A stretch of DNA of 64,000 nucleotides from Candidatus Enterousia sp. (GTDB lineage Bacteria; Pseudomonadota; Alphaproteobacteria; Rs-D84). The DNA lies in NCBI GenBank assembly GCA_045646605.1, contig JAZRLA010000008.1:128931-192930 (forward strand). The letters run 5' to 3'. Every line of letters starts with the position of its first letter. Positions within the stretch are counted from its first letter, which is position 1. This document shows, piece after piece, positions 47,316 to 58,326 of the stretch. A model generated the notes under the pieces. That model made no database searches and was not told where the DNA came from. It worked only from the letters and a program-made list of their open reading frames with translations. The position numbers and the translations under genes were made by a program.

Positions 47316-47807
47316 TTATTTTATAAATTTTTCAAATCGTGTTGTGTTGGCATGGGCCAGGGCGATTGCGATGGCGTCACTTTCGTCCGCGGTTTTGGGG
47401 TTTGCGGCGGGCAATAAAATTCGCACCATTTTATCGACCGCGGTTTTATCCGCATGACCCGCGCCGGTTAGAATTTTTTTTACTTTGTTTGGCTCGTATT
47501 CAAACACCGGAATTTCACGCACAGACACCGCGACCATTGCCGCCGCGCGTGCGTGCCCCAATATCAATGTCGTTGTCGGATTTTTATTCACAAATGTTAT
47601 TTCCATACTGCATTCATCGGGAGAAAATGTTTCGCAAAGTTTTGTGACACCATTGAATATAATTGCAAGTCGTTCGGGCAATGCGCCGGTTTTCTTGGGC
47701 AAGATAACACCACTGGCCACATATTTTCTTTCGTTGCCGTTTGTGTCGATTATCGCCCATCCAGTATGTAAAAGTCCGGGGTCAATGCCAAGTATTCGTT
47801 TCGTCAT
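47316..47807 (-). CDS. ruvC: crossover junction endodeoxyribonuclease RuvC
   Basis: ILGIDPGLLHTGWAII...; catalytic acidic-residue pattern. 163 aa. Confidence 0.85.
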   Translation of the reverse strand: MTKRILGIDPGLLHTGWAIIDTNGNERKYVASGVILPKKTGALPERLAIIFNGVTKLCETFSPDECSMEITFVNKNPTTTLILGHARAAAMVAVSVREIPVFEYEPNKVKKILTGAGHADKTAVDKMVRILLPAANPKTADESDAIAIALAHANTTRFEKFIK

Positions 47808-48235
47808 TTTTTACGCCGTGTTTTAATTTCTGTTGCCGATAGTATATTGCGTTGATTCCGAAATACCCACGGACGATAAGTTTTTATAATATATGTTTTC
47901 CCGACTTGCAATCTTTTTTGTAACTCATTAGATTTTCGTTTCCAAGGTATCACATCGTTTAGGTTCAAAAAGGTTTCTTTGTTGGTTGTTTCAATTGCTT
48001 TATATGTGAATAATCCAACAACAGCGGTCTTTTTTGATTTTATCGTTACCTTGAATTTTCGAATACTAATCCATGGCAAAATAAGCAAGAAGTAAATAAT
48101 TATCCATGTAATGATATTTAATGTCTTTGCAAAGATATCCATGCCAGGCAAAATTATGTCGTCTATTAAATATTCGACGGATAATATAATTATCAGTGCG
48201 ACTATGAGAAATAAAAGGTATTTTGATTTTTTCAT
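47804..48235 (-). CDS. hypothetical membrane protein
   Basis: Two or three TM helices. Stop overlaps the ruvC start (ATGA-type). Confidence 0.45.
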   Translation of the reverse strand: MKKSKYLLFLIVALIIILSVEYLIDDIILPGMDIFAKTLNIITWIIIYFLLILPWISIRKFKVTIKSKKTAVVGLFTYKAIETTNKETFLNLNDVIPWKRKSNELQKRLQVGKTYIIKTYRPWVFRNQRNILSATEIKTRRKK

Positions 48236-48239
48236 TTTG

Positions 48240-48578
48240 CTATTTCCTGAAACTTATTTTACCGACACAAGATGTGCCAAAGTATTTATTTATTTTCTTT
48301 GTGATTTCCGGAACCATATAGGACAGATTTAATGTATACGCCGGATTCCGTGGCCGCAAGACGATATTGTATGTTCCGTCACGCATTTTTTTTACCGCGC
48401 AAATATCGGCCAGGTTCGAAATTTCCGGACCGATTATTTCCGGCCAACGCGCAACAAGGTCGGAATCTGATGCGCGTACACCAAAAATTTTGAGAAGTCC
48501 CCCAAGCGCGCCCGCAATGGTTTGTGGGCGTTTCGTGCGTTTGGAAAAATCGTTTTTATTTTGGTTTGACATATACAT
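48240..48578 (-). CDS. DUF721-like protein
   Basis: ...ALGGLLKIFG...LVARWPEIIGPEI...TYNIVLR...AYTLNLSYMVPEI pattern. Start trimmed so as not to overlap mltA. Confidence 0.45.
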   Translation of the reverse strand: MYMSNQNKNDFSKRTKRPQTIAGALGGLLKIFGVRASDSDLVARWPEIIGPEISNLADICAVKKMRDGTYNIVLRPRNPAYTLNLSYMVPEITKKINKYFGTSCVGKISFRK

Positions 48579-49659
48579 ATTCTTTCGGCATAAGGATATA
48601 CATTTCGCCCTGGGCATGTTGACCGTGCGCGTATTGATACGCTTCGTCGCCCTTGCCAAAGAATATGTCGGCGCGCACGAAACCGCGTATCGCACTGCCG
48701 GTATCTTGGGCAATCATAAGGCGTCTAAATTTTTGTCCGTTCGAAAGGTTCGTATCGATGTATACGGGCAAACCCAACGTATAGAGCGAATCGTCCATCG
48801 CGATACTGCGTATTTTTGAAAGCGGTGTTCCCAACTTTCCAATCACATCCGGCGGCACCGATTCATAGAAATATACATACCGAGGATTGTTATAGATTAC
48901 TTCGCGCGCCAGTTTCGGATTTTTCTTTAGATGCTTCCAAACCGCGTCCGCCGAATATCCGCCTTCGGGTTTTATGCCACGGTTGCGCAGTTGTTCACCG
49001 ATGGATTTGAACGGCATGTCGTTCACGGCGGCAAAGTTCAGTTTTACCATTGTGCCGTCATCAAGTTTTAACATACCGCTGCCCTGGATTTGAATATTTT
49101 GCACATCGACGATGTTCGCCCAATAAAGTACTTTGCCGATTTTATCCTTTACGATTTTTTCCTTTGGTACGCCGCGGAAGTTTTGCCCGTTTGTCGGCAC
49201 GCCCATCAGTGGTTCGTTGCATTCGGCGGTTTTTTTGCGGCACGCCGGAATTATCGGCGAATAGTATCCGGTAAAAGTGCCTTTGGTCGTTCCATTGTCA
49301 TTATATATCTTGTACGGTTGAAAGTGTGATTCAAACCATGCGCGCACCGTTTCGTTGTCGGCACTGGCACTGGGTAACATATTGCATTTTTCTTCGAACA
49401 GCGCGCGGTCGGGTATTATGCGACCCTTGTATTGAATTTTCGCTTTGCATGAATTGCGAAATGCCTGGAGTGCATATCGGACATCGTCATCCCGCCATCC
49501 CGGCAGGTCCGAATACGATACTTTTCTTAAATTTTCGGACGGGATTGTCGAATCGTCGCCCGTGTGTGTCGGCGTTGAAACATCACAAGATGCAAGTACA
49601 ACGCCCGCGATAACTAGTAAAATTCCCCTTTTTACCAGTTTAAGAATGTTTGTTGTCAT
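48556..49659 (-). CDS. mltA: membrane-bound lytic murein transglycosylase A
   Basis: Lipobox LASC. MltA 3D-domain pattern with ...IFFGKGDEA... Confidence 0.8.
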   Translation of the reverse strand: MTTNILKLVKRGILLVIAGVVLASCDVSTPTHTGDDSTIPSENLRKVSYSDLPGWRDDDVRYALQAFRNSCKAKIQYKGRIIPDRALFEEKCNMLPSASADNETVRAWFESHFQPYKIYNDNGTTKGTFTGYYSPIIPACRKKTAECNEPLMGVPTNGQNFRGVPKEKIVKDKIGKVLYWANIVDVQNIQIQGSGMLKLDDGTMVKLNFAAVNDMPFKSIGEQLRNRGIKPEGGYSADAVWKHLKKNPKLAREVIYNNPRYVYFYESVPPDVIGKLGTPLSKIRSIAMDDSLYTLGLPVYIDTNLSNGQKFRRLMIAQDTGSAIRGFVRADIFFGKGDEAYQYAHGQHAQGEMYILMPKEYVYVKPK

Positions 49660-49739
49660 TTTTTTTATTCCCCCACTTGTAAAATTCCCCCTGTATGCTA
49701 TATTATCATAAAACGAGTCATAAAAAAAGGAGCAATCGC

Positions 49740-50180
49740 ATGGCTAAGTTCAATATTATATCTCAATTTTTGAAAGACATTTCTTTTGAAAGCCCAAATG
49801 TCCCGGATTTATTCTTTAAGCAGGATAATGGCCAGGCGGAATTGGAAATCAATATCGATATGCAGGTCAAAGGTTCGGAAAAAAACCTGTTTATGGTTGA
49901 TTTGATTACAAAAATCCATTCAAAGTTAAAGGCGGATTCGAAAACTATATTTTTGATAGAAACAACTTATTCCGGCCTTGTTCAGATGGAAGAAGAAAAA
50001 GACGAAGAAAAGAAAAAACGCACTTTGTTGATTGATGTGCCGACATTGTTGTTCCCGGCGGTGCGTGCATTGGTGACACGTCTTACGGCCGAATCTGGTT
50101 TTCCGCCGTTTGCGATGCAGATGGTTGATTTTGCAGATTTGTATGAAAAACGGAATCAAAAGCAAGCGGAAGCGAAATAA
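49740..50180 (+). CDS. secB: protein-export chaperone SecB
   Basis: MAKFNIISQFLKDISFESPN... acidic C-terminus. RBS aaaggag. Confidence 0.8.
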   Translation: MAKFNIISQFLKDISFESPNVPDLFFKQDNGQAELEINIDMQVKGSEKNLFMVDLITKIHSKLKADSKTIFLIETTYSGLVQMEEEKDEEKKKRTLLIDVPTLLFPAVRALVTRLTAESGFPPFAMQMVDFADLYEKRNQKQAEAK

Positions 50181-50184
50181 TCAA

Positions 50185-50210
50185 GACGCACCGAAAGGTG
50201 CGTTTTTTTG
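50185..50210 (+). terminator. rho-independent terminator after secB
   Basis: acgcacc-gaaa-ggtgcgt followed by ttttttt. Confidence 0.7.
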
Positions 50211-50227
50211 GTGATTATTCCAGAGTA

Positions 50228-50357
50228 CAAAGTTCCACTCCTGTGGAGGGGTGCCCAGTGAAACTGGGCGGGGTGGTCTTTCAGATTCCAGAAAATTTAT
50301 ATTTATAAAAGACCACCTCCCGGCGTTCCACGCCGTACTCCTCCGCAGGAGGAGAAC
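50228..50357. repeat. multi-hairpin repeat element copy Y
   Basis: Homologous to 22933-23050, with a ~35-nt internal insertion. Confidence 0.7.
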
Positions 50358-50439
50358 CAGCACTCTGCAACCCCGCACTAACTGTTTTTTGCGATTCGGT
50401 TGTTTTTGTGATATATTTATGTGACGGGGGTGAGAGTAA

Positions 50440-51624
50440 ATGGCCAAAGATAAATATATCTCTATGCGAAGTTCGCTTAGTGGGTTTTCGTTTGCAAATC
50501 TTGGGATTTTTACCGGATTTGCCGATGGTATTTACAATGCGGTTTATTCCCTTGTTATACTCGAAATCTTTATGAATTCCGCGGTTGTTGGTGTCTATGT
50601 CGCGATTTATTCGGTGTTCTGTATGATTGTCGCGTTGTTCGCGCATGAAATTTTTCGCCAGTTTTCCAAGACCAAGGTTTTCTATTTTGCATTGTTGATG
50701 TTGGTCGTGTGCTATGCGATGATGGGTTTTTCAGTGTTGCCGCGAACGTTTATCGTCCTTGATTATACCAGTGGTTTTGCAATCACACTTACGGCGATGT
50801 TGGTGCCATTGTTTATGTCGGATTTTTCACGCGATGTTGGCATGGCGCGACTAAATTCGCGATATCATTTGTGGATGAATATTGGTGCGCTGTTTGCACC
50901 GATGTTGGCGGTGATGGTTGCGACCCGATTCGGTAATCGGTCGGCGTTCTTTTTGTCATCGGCGATTTATTTGGGCGCGTGGGTGTTCTTTAAGTATTTT
51001 CATTTGACTCAAGAAGACAAAGTTATAAAACCGGTTAGTCCGCGGCGCACAGTTCGCGCGCTTTGGCGCAATACTATGGAATTTTTTAGGACACCCGGGA
51101 TGAAGCGCGCGTATATTGTGAACTTTGGGTATTATTCGTTGCGTGCGATGCGTCTTTTGTATGTGCCGATTGTGGTCATAGAGGCCGGATTTACCAAGGA
51201 TACACTTGGTTTGATTCTAAGTTTTGGTATCGTGCCGTATTTGATTTTATCGGAAATTATGGGGCATTTGGTGCGAAAGTTTGGAAAAAGTATATGGCTG
51301 ATTTTGGGGTTCGGGTCGTTTGCGGCGTTTTCGGTTTGGGCGACATTCGCGACCGGGTTTCCGTTGCTTGCCATATTCGTATTATGGCAGATTTCAGGCG
51401 CCCTAATGGAACCGGTGCACGATTTGTTGTTCTTTGATGGGACAAAACCGGCACAGCAAACAAAGTTTTATGGTGTGTTTCGCACAAGTTGCAATTTGCC
51501 AAGTGTGATTGCACCCGGTATTGGCGCGGCATGTATTGCGGCGTTTGGAACAACCGCGGCGGTTTGGTGGGTGACGGCGGCATTGGGTGTATTTTCGATT
51601 TTGGTTTTGATGGCTAAAAAATAA
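50440..51624 (+). CDS. MFS-family transporter
   Basis: 12 predicted TM segments. 394 aa. Confidence 0.65.
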   Translation: MAKDKYISMRSSLSGFSFANLGIFTGFADGIYNAVYSLVILEIFMNSAVVGVYVAIYSVFCMIVALFAHEIFRQFSKTKVFYFALLMLVVCYAMMGFSVLPRTFIVLDYTSGFAITLTAMLVPLFMSDFSRDVGMARLNSRYHLWMNIGALFAPMLAVMVATRFGNRSAFFLSSAIYLGAWVFFKYFHLTQEDKVIKPVSPRRTVRALWRNTMEFFRTPGMKRAYIVNFGYYSLRAMRLLYVPIVVIEAGFTKDTLGLILSFGIVPYLILSEIMGHLVRKFGKSIWLILGFGSFAAFSVWATFATGFPLLAIFVLWQISGALMEPVHDLLFFDGTKPAQQTKFYGVFRTSCNLPSVIAPGIGAACIAAFGTTAAVWWVTAALGVFSILVLMAKK

Positions 51625-51680
51625 ATTGCATAGTGTTTTTTTTGCGGTATCATACGGGGCGTATAGCAAAGGAAGTTATT

Positions 51681-52754
51681 ATGGCAAAGAAAGAAACGGC
51701 GGCCGTGGGTGCGGGCGCAAAAAATCCGGCACTTGAATCGGCACTTGCGCAAATTCAAAAGCAATTCGGCAAAGAAGCAATTATGAAAATGGGCGATGGT
51801 TCGCAACAGAATATAGAGGCGATTTCTTCGGGGTCGTTGGGCCTTGATATCGCACTGGGGATTGGTGGTTATCCGCGTGGGCGTATCGTTGAAATTTATG
51901 GTCCGGAAAGTTCGGGTAAAACGACGCTTGCGTTGCATGCGGTGGCCGAAGCGCAAAAGAAAGGCGGCACGTGCGCATATATCGATGCGGAAAATGCGCT
52001 GGACCCGAGTTATGCGAAAAAATTGGGTGTTGATGTCGCAAATTTGATTATATCGCAACCTGATTCTGGGGAACAGGCGTTGGAAATTGCGGACACGCTT
52101 ATTAAATCTGGTGCGGTTGATGTTGTGGTTATTGATTCGGTTGCGGCGTTGGTGCCAAAGGCGGAACTGGAGGGCAACATCGGTGACAGTTTTGTTGGAA
52201 CGACCGCGCGACTCATGAGTCAATCACTGAAGAAACTTGCGGGGTCTGTGTCGCGCAGTAATACTTTGCTTATTTTTATCAATCAGATTCGTATGAAGAT
52301 TGGCGTGATGTTCGGAAACCCGGAGACGACCAGTGGTGGTAATGCGTTGAAATTCTATGCTTCGGTTCGTTTGGATATTCGTCGCACCGGGGCAATCAAA
52401 GATAAAGAAAATGTTATCGGAAATGAAACACGGGTAAAGGTTGTGAAAAATAAAGTCGCGCCACCTTTCCGCACTGTTGATTTCAAGATTATGTATGGCG
52501 AAGGAATTTCGCGGATAAGTGAAATCTTGGATATGGGTGTGAAATATGACTTTATCGACAAGGCCGGCAGTTTTTATTCATATAACAATGAACGCATAGG
52601 TCAGGGCGAGGCGAATGCGCGACAGTGGTTGAAAGATCATCCAGAGGCGCAGCAAGAGTTGCTTGATAAAATTATGGCGCGCGCGGGTGGTATTGCCGAA
52701 GAAATGACGACCGGGCCGTCGGATGATGAAGATGAAAGTGTGACAGAAGAATAA
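51681..52754 (+). CDS. recA: recombinase RecA
   Basis: [32 protein letters not shown]; acidic C-terminus. Start trimmed to MAKKE (RBS aaggaag). Confidence 0.95.
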   Translation: MAKKETAAVGAGAKNPALESALAQIQKQFGKEAIMKMGDGSQQNIEAISSGSLGLDIALGIGGYPRGRIVEIYGPESSGKTTLALHAVAEAQKKGGTCAYIDAENALDPSYAKKLGVDVANLIISQPDSGEQALEIADTLIKSGAVDVVVIDSVAALVPKAELEGNIGDSFVGTTARLMSQSLKKLAGSVSRSNTLLIFINQIRMKIGVMFGNPETTSGGNALKFYASVRLDIRRTGAIKDKENVIGNETRVKVVKNKVAPPFRTVDFKIMYGEGISRISEILDMGVKYDFIDKAGSFYSYNNERIGQGEANARQWLKDHPEAQQELLDKIMARAGGIAEEMTTGPSDDEDESVTEE

Positions 52755-52803
52755 TTTGTTCGGGCGGCGTTTGTCGCCCGATGCTTTAACCAAAGGGGCG
52801 GGA

Positions 52804-53700
52804 ATGAACATAGCAAAAATGTGGGCCAAGACCTGTGCAGTATGGCAGGGGCATATTGTTAACTGGTTTTGGCGGTCGCGCGCACATCGGCATAATGTTC
52901 GGACTGGGGTTCTTGCACGGATAATACCGTCTTATCTTAAACGGTATTTGCCGGCCGCGGCGGCGATTCCGGAACGCGTGGTTGTGCATGATGATGAACA
53001 TGAAAAGATTTTTACTATTTGGCTTCAGGGTGAAGAAAGTGCGCCGGATTTAATAAAGGCATGTTTCCGCAGTATTCGTCGGCATTGCACCCAGGAATTG
53101 GTTGTGCTGGATGAAAATTCGATTTTTGATTATATTTCTTTGCCGAATGAAATCATTAATAAATATCGGGCGGGTAAAATTTCGCGTGCACATTTTGCGG
53201 ACATATGTCGTGTGGAATTATTGTATGAACATGGTGGAATTTGGATGGATTCGACATGCTTTGTAACGGGCCCAATCCCGGATTGGATTATCAAAGAAGA
53301 TTTTTTTGTTTATATGTATGGCAAAGGGCATTATGAATATTCGTTTATGCAAAACTGTTGGATACGGGCGCGCAAGGGGGCGTATTTATTGGATGCGTGG
53401 CGTGCGATGATGATTGATTATTGGATGCATGAAGATGGTGTCTTTGATTATTTTATGCATCAGTTGATGTTTAAAACTTTGGTTCAAAATGATCCGCGGG
53501 CGATAAAATATTTTGAAAAAATGCCGCATGTTGACCAAACGCCAACACATGCACTGTGGTGGGATTATGGTGATAAACCTTTTGATAAAAAGATTTTTGA
53601 TGAAATAACATCGAAAACTTTTTGGCAAAAGACAACGTTTAAGCATTATAAGACAATACCCGAAGGGTCTTTTGCGGATGTTATGATTAATAAAATGTAG
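52804..53700 (+). CDS. capsular polysaccharide synthesis-family glycosyltransferase (Caps_synth/DXD)
   Basis: IFTIWLQGEE...; VELLYEHGGIWMDSTC matches the Caps_synth pattern. Confidence 0.55.
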   Translation: MNIAKMWAKTCAVWQGHIVNWFWRSRAHRHNVRTGVLARIIPSYLKRYLPAAAAIPERVVVHDDEHEKIFTIWLQGEESAPDLIKACFRSIRRHCTQELVVLDENSIFDYISLPNEIINKYRAGKISRAHFADICRVELLYEHGGIWMDSTCFVTGPIPDWIIKEDFFVYMYGKGHYEYSFMQNCWIRARKGAYLLDAWRAMMIDYWMHEDGVFDYFMHQLMFKTLVQNDPRAIKYFEKMPHVDQTPTHALWWDYGDKPFDKKIFDEITSKTFWQKTTFKHYKTIPEGSFADVMINKM

Positions 53701-53708
53701 GAAATGAG

Positions 53709-54482
53709 ATGACACCAAAAATATCTGTGATAATTCCGGTTTATAATGTAGAAAAATATTTGCGACGTTGTTTGGACAGCGTACAAAATCAAACTTTCAC
53801 CGATTGGCAGGCGATATGTGTTGATGATGGCAGTCCTGATAACTGTGGAAAAATTTTGGATGAATACGCGGCACGCGATAGTCGATTCGTTGTTGTGCAT
53901 AAGGAAAATGGTGGTGTGTCGGCGGCGCGCAATGATGGGATGAATTTGGCGCGCGGGGAATATATCCATTTTATGGATGCGGATGATTTTATAGATTCGG
54001 ATTATTACGAAAAAATGTTTGCGATGGTCTTTGAAACGGCTGCTGATATTGTGTGCAGTGGTTTTGTCACGAATACAAAGTATGCCATCGATTTGAAATA
54101 TCCCAAGAATTTTACGGAAACAAGTTTGAAAAAAAAGTTGCGGAAAACATATGCCTTTACCGATGGATTTGTTTGGCGTTATTTATTCAAGCGGGATTTT
54201 ATTACGGCAAATAACTTTGAATTTGATACAAAATTGATTTCCCAAGAAGATGTGGTGTTTGTATTGAATGCTTTGGTAAAGGCGAATAGGGTGTCGTTTG
54301 TTTCGGGAACTTTTTATCACTATATGTTTAATGAAACGTCTGCGTTACATGCGCGTGATGTGGAACATCACAAAAAAATAAAAGAACAATATAAAATAGG
54401 TAAAAAATATAGACGTGATTTTGCGCGTGCGTGTGGGGTTTATGGACTTTGGATATGGCGCAAGATTTTAAGAAGACTGTGA
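53709..54482 (+). CDS. family 2 glycosyltransferase
   Basis: ISVIIPVYNVEKYLRRCLDSV.NQTF.D...VDDGS.D; DADDF. Confidence 0.75.
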   Translation: MTPKISVIIPVYNVEKYLRRCLDSVQNQTFTDWQAICVDDGSPDNCGKILDEYAARDSRFVVVHKENGGVSAARNDGMNLARGEYIHFMDADDFIDSDYYEKMFAMVFETAADIVCSGFVTNTKYAIDLKYPKNFTETSLKKKLRKTYAFTDGFVWRYLFKRDFITANNFEFDTKLISQEDVVFVLNALVKANRVSFVSGTFYHYMFNETSALHARDVEHHKKIKEQYKIGKKYRRDFARACGVYGLWIWRKILRRL

Positions 54483-54494
54483 AAGGAGTGTTTT

Positions 54495-55514
54495 ATGAAA
54501 CGGCCAAAAATATCAATTATTATACCTATGTACAATGTTGAAAAATATGTGTGGCGTTGTTTGGATAGTGTGTTAAATCAAACGTTTACCGATTGGCAGG
54601 CAATATGTGTTGATGATGGGTGCAGTGATAAAACTGGTGAAATTGCTGCCGAATATGCTGCGCGCGACAAGCGGTTCATTGTTTTGCACGGTGAACATGA
54701 CGGGCCTTCGGGGGCGCGAAATTTGGCGTTGGAACATGCAACGGGCGAATACATAATGTGTTTGGATGGTGACGATTTTATTCATCCACAAACAATGGAA
54801 ATTGCAATTGGGTTGGCGTTGCGTGATAATGCGGATATGGTTTCTTATACGTATGATAGGGCATACAGGCCGCACCTTATGATTCGGTATTTGTTAAAGA
54901 TGGATGTTGATTCGGTTGAACCGTTTGCAATTAAAAGAAAGTATAATTTATCAAAAATAAAAACTGTGGTGACCGATAATATTTTTGAATATGCCACCGA
55001 ATCCACGCATAATGCGTTTAATAAAAATCGACGTTGGCTGGTTAAACATTGTCAGGTATGGAAAAATTTGTATCGTCGTGATTTGGTCAAAGATATAAAA
55101 TTCATAGATGGTATTTTGTTTGAAGACTTTCCATGGTGGAGCGAGGTTTTATTAAAAAATCCGCGAACAACTATTGTTAATTTGCCTTTGTATTTTTATC
55201 GGCCTAATTTTAAGGGGATTGTTTTGTCGGCAAAGCAAATTCAGATAATGCAATCGCTGTTCGTTGGTTTGGTGGATATTTATGAAAAATACAAATCTTG
55301 TGCGAATGATTATCAAATGAAAATGTGGACGGAAAATTTCTTGTGGTTTTTTATTGCGCGTGCATTTGACAAGACAAAATATTTGAAAACGGATAAAGAG
55401 TTTAAACTTGCGCGTGATGGCTTCAAAAAACTGAAAGAAACGGGAATGTTTGATAATGTTCCAAACGAATGGTATGCGTTGTGTGAAAAAATTTATAGAT
55501 TCATAGATAAGTAA
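54495..55514 (+). CDS. family 2 glycosyltransferase (paralog)
   Basis: ISIIIPMYNVEKYVWRCLDSVLNQTFTDWQAICVDDG; DGDDF. Confidence 0.75.
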   Translation: MKRPKISIIIPMYNVEKYVWRCLDSVLNQTFTDWQAICVDDGCSDKTGEIAAEYAARDKRFIVLHGEHDGPSGARNLALEHATGEYIMCLDGDDFIHPQTMEIAIGLALRDNADMVSYTYDRAYRPHLMIRYLLKMDVDSVEPFAIKRKYNLSKIKTVVTDNIFEYATESTHNAFNKNRRWLVKHCQVWKNLYRRDLVKDIKFIDGILFEDFPWWSEVLLKNPRTTIVNLPLYFYRPNFKGIVLSAKQIQIMQSLFVGLVDIYEKYKSCANDYQMKMWTENFLWFFIARAFDKTKYLKTDKEFKLARDGFKKLKETGMFDNVPNEWYALCEKIYRFIDK

Positions 55515-55538
55515 AAATGCGGTGTTATACCGCATTTT

Positions 55539-56555
55539 CTATTTTTCAAATTCGCATTTATTCGGGAAACGTTGTTCCAAAAACTCACGATTTTTTTCCA
55601 ATATTTCGGGTGTGTTATTTGGTGCATCGTTTATACAAAATGTTGGTGCCTTGGAAATAGCATCGGCGCAAGCCACAACATTTGGGCATACAACATTAGA
55701 ATTGCGAATACCGATGAAATGTAGTGTGTTATAAATAAAATTCAAAATTTTATGTCGTGTATATTTACGCGCGCGCGCATGTTTGAATACGGCACGTCCA
55801 GTTGCCAAATCGTAAAGGTTAAAAGTCCATCTTTGAATCTCTGTATTTGTTCTGAATTTGTTTGGAATTTGTTTTTCTATTTGTTCTTTTATTCGTGGAA
55901 TATTCATGCATTCTTTGATTGAAGATTTAATGTATGGGTCGATTCCGTGTGATGGACGACCGAAATACAATCTTTTACCAAGTGCATCTTCCAAAATTTT
56001 GGACGATAAAATCAGCGTTTTTGTATAATTATCCACAGAGTCTATCCATTTGTTAATTTCGGATGGATGTTTAGTGTAGGAATTGTATCGAACAATCGGA
56101 TGTCCATCGGTGTCAAAAAAGAAATCTGGCGATAGTTTTTTATTAAAAAACATATCGTCGTTCATTAATAAAAAATGTTCGGATAGTTCCGAAATGTTTG
56201 GAATACACATTTCGATAGATGTCGCATTAAATGTAGGTAGTGCGTGTGCGGGTATAATTTGTTCGTGTGGAACAATTGTGATTTTTGGATGGTTTGTGTT
56301 TAGCCATTTTGGTACCTGATCAAACCCTGTGATGATATAAATATGGTTTACCCATGGGGTACATTCGGCAACGCTGCGCAAGGAATGTAAAAATTCACCG
56401 TTGTCGCGCCATCTTTCTTTGGTCGCGGCACCGTGGTAAATTGGTGTCTTGCCATTAATCTTTTCATACCATTTGTCTTTTTCAGTGCGCCATTTTTCAT
56501 CGGCACCATCAACCCAAAGGTAAACAATATCTATTTTTTCTTTTGTCATTTTCAT
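55539..56555 (-). CDS. Stealth-family protein (capsule/exopolysaccharide hexose-1-phosphoryltransferase-like)
   Basis: IVYLWVDGADEKW (CR1-like) and NDDMFFN (CR2-like). Start overlaps the upstream stop (ATGA). Confidence 0.6.
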   Translation of the reverse strand: MKMTKEKIDIVYLWVDGADEKWRTEKDKWYEKINGKTPIYHGAATKERWRDNGEFLHSLRSVAECTPWVNHIYIITGFDQVPKWLNTNHPKITIVPHEQIIPAHALPTFNATSIEMCIPNISELSEHFLLMNDDMFFNKKLSPDFFFDTDGHPIVRYNSYTKHPSEINKWIDSVDNYTKTLILSSKILEDALGKRLYFGRPSHGIDPYIKSSIKECMNIPRIKEQIEKQIPNKFRTNTEIQRWTFNLYDLATGRAVFKHARARKYTRHKILNFIYNTLHFIGIRNSNVVCPNVVACADAISKAPTFCINDAPNNTPEILEKNREFLEQRFPNKCEFEK

Positions 56556-57385
56556 ATCCCTGTTTTTTGAAATCGTGTTGGAATCTTTACGACCCATTTT
56601 ATACCGAACATGCCAGGTTTATCCAGTGCATAGATTGGACGGAATATGCGTTGCAACATACGGGCAATTTTTATATGTCTTTCACCATGTGCGGTTTTGG
56701 TTGTTGTTAAATTTATTGTTCCGTTACCGCGGCGGCGCAGGTGGTTCACCCAATCTGCACCACGTTTTTCCGCCTTTTTAATCAGCATTTCCATATCAAC
56801 CGCACCAAAGTGAAACAGATATAAATTTTTATCAATGTGAAAATTTTTACCTTTGACGCTGTGAAATCCGCTGCCCCAACGGGCCGGGCGTGATAGTACA
56901 ACCGGTTTTGTATAACGGGTTGAAAGCAATGCATATTCGCGTTGTTCCAACATTGGCCGTGTTTGGTCGAGCGGTTTTTCGGTTTTCATATTTTGCCCAA
57001 TGTCAAACCCAAGGCCGGAAACGGTTGTTTTTATCTTTGTTGATGACAGGTATTCGCGCAAAGATTTTTTTGTTGCCGGGTCAACGACCAAGAATTCGTC
57101 ACTGTCGCACCCGATTACTATGTCATATGTTTTGAATAATTCGTTTGCCAAATCAGATATTTTTCCGATTCGGTATTTGTCGCCGGCGGTGCGTGACATT
57201 TCCACGTGTGTCAGTTTTATTATGTTTGCACCGTCTGCGTTTTGTGGTTCGGTTTGGTCGGTGCCATCAAGAATAATATAAAGATTTTCATTGCCTAATT
57301 CGTGACCGTAATAATCCACCCACCGCGATAGAAAAAATTCATCATTTCGTGCCATTGTGATGGCGGCAATTTTTTTGTTTTTCAT
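56552..57385 (-). CDS. glycosyltransferase-like protein (GT2-related)
   Basis: AITMARNDEFFLSRWVDYY...ILDGTDQ. Confidence 0.5.
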   Translation of the reverse strand: MKNKKIAAITMARNDEFFLSRWVDYYGHELGNENLYIILDGTDQTEPQNADGANIIKLTHVEMSRTAGDKYRIGKISDLANELFKTYDIVIGCDSDEFLVVDPATKKSLREYLSSTKIKTTVSGLGFDIGQNMKTEKPLDQTRPMLEQREYALLSTRYTKPVVLSRPARWGSGFHSVKGKNFHIDKNLYLFHFGAVDMEMLIKKAEKRGADWVNHLRRRGNGTINLTTTKTAHGERHIKIARMLQRIFRPIYALDKPGMFGIKWVVKIPTRFQKTGI

Positions 57386-58239
57386 TATATTTCCCCGGAA
57401 ATAATTCGTTTCACTGTATGTTTTAATTTTGTAATAAAACTTATCAACATACCATTATGTAAAACCCTATCTGTATATTCGGCACCATAAACGCGTTTCG
57501 CATTATTAACAATGGCAATGGACAAATCTTTGGGGATACGATTCAAAATATATTTTATTTGATATCCCAATGCGCCTTCGAGTGCAAGAAATGCGGCCTT
57601 TTTCATAAATGGCATACGGCGTTTATATAGTGATTTTACCCTTTTGTATACACCGCGATTTAATACGTGGAACAAGCAGAAATATTTTATGTTATGTTTT
57701 TTTATCAGTTGGGTAAACCCAGTTTCATACATAATTGCAACATGATTCTTAGATGGCTGATGACATACAGACCTTATGAATTCATCAAACCAATCTGACA
57801 TGAATACCGTGGGGCGCATCCCGATAAACCATGATTGAATATGTGGTGCGTGTCCCATGGTTTTATCAACCATTCCAAATGCACCACATTCATCTTTGGA
57901 TTCCATCTTTGTGAAATACGGTTTCAAGTCAAAGAACGGACCATATACAGAATCATTTACCATATAGACGAATTCGTAGTTTTCTAATCCGACATTTTCG
58001 ACCGCCCAAATATATGCACGTTTATAAGAACCGAAATCGTATTCGCCATGACGCACGGCGGCGGCATAAAGACAATACGGTTTTATTTTTTGTAGTTCTT
58101 GTTCGGCGCAATCCGAATCCATAACCAATACTACATCGCCGAATTTTGCCAGATGACTTGCGTAATAAACCAATGTGTCGTCAATAATTCCGTCACGGTC
58201 ATATCCAGCCATTAAAAATAGTCGCTGTCGTTTTTGCAT
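57385..58239 (-). CDS. polysaccharide biosynthesis protein (rhamnan-synthesis-F-like)
   Basis: 284 aa. In-cluster with the glycosyltransferases. Weak family resemblance only. Confidence 0.4.
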   Translation of the reverse strand: MQKRQRLFLMAGYDRDGIIDDTLVYYASHLAKFGDVVLVMDSDCAEQELQKIKPYCLYAAAVRHGEYDFGSYKRAYIWAVENVGLENYEFVYMVNDSVYGPFFDLKPYFTKMESKDECGAFGMVDKTMGHAPHIQSWFIGMRPTVFMSDWFDEFIRSVCHQPSKNHVAIMYETGFTQLIKKHNIKYFCLFHVLNRGVYKRVKSLYKRRMPFMKKAAFLALEGALGYQIKYILNRIPKDLSIAIVNNAKRVYGAEYTDRVLHNGMLISFITKLKHTVKRIISGEI

Positions 58240-58290
58240 AATAAAAAATCCCTTGTTTACAATATAATCATATTTACGATAGATTTACAA

Positions 58291-58321
58291 GAAAAACAAA
58301 ACCGCCCGTGTGTACGGGCGA
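58291..58321 (-). terminator. rho-independent terminator after typA
   Basis: cgcccgt-gtgt-acgggcg followed by a T-run on the minus strand. Confidence 0.6.
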
Positions 58322-58326
58322 TATCT

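Noticed and set aside
51468-52223. 251-aa minus-strand ORF
   Set aside because: It is antisense to recA.
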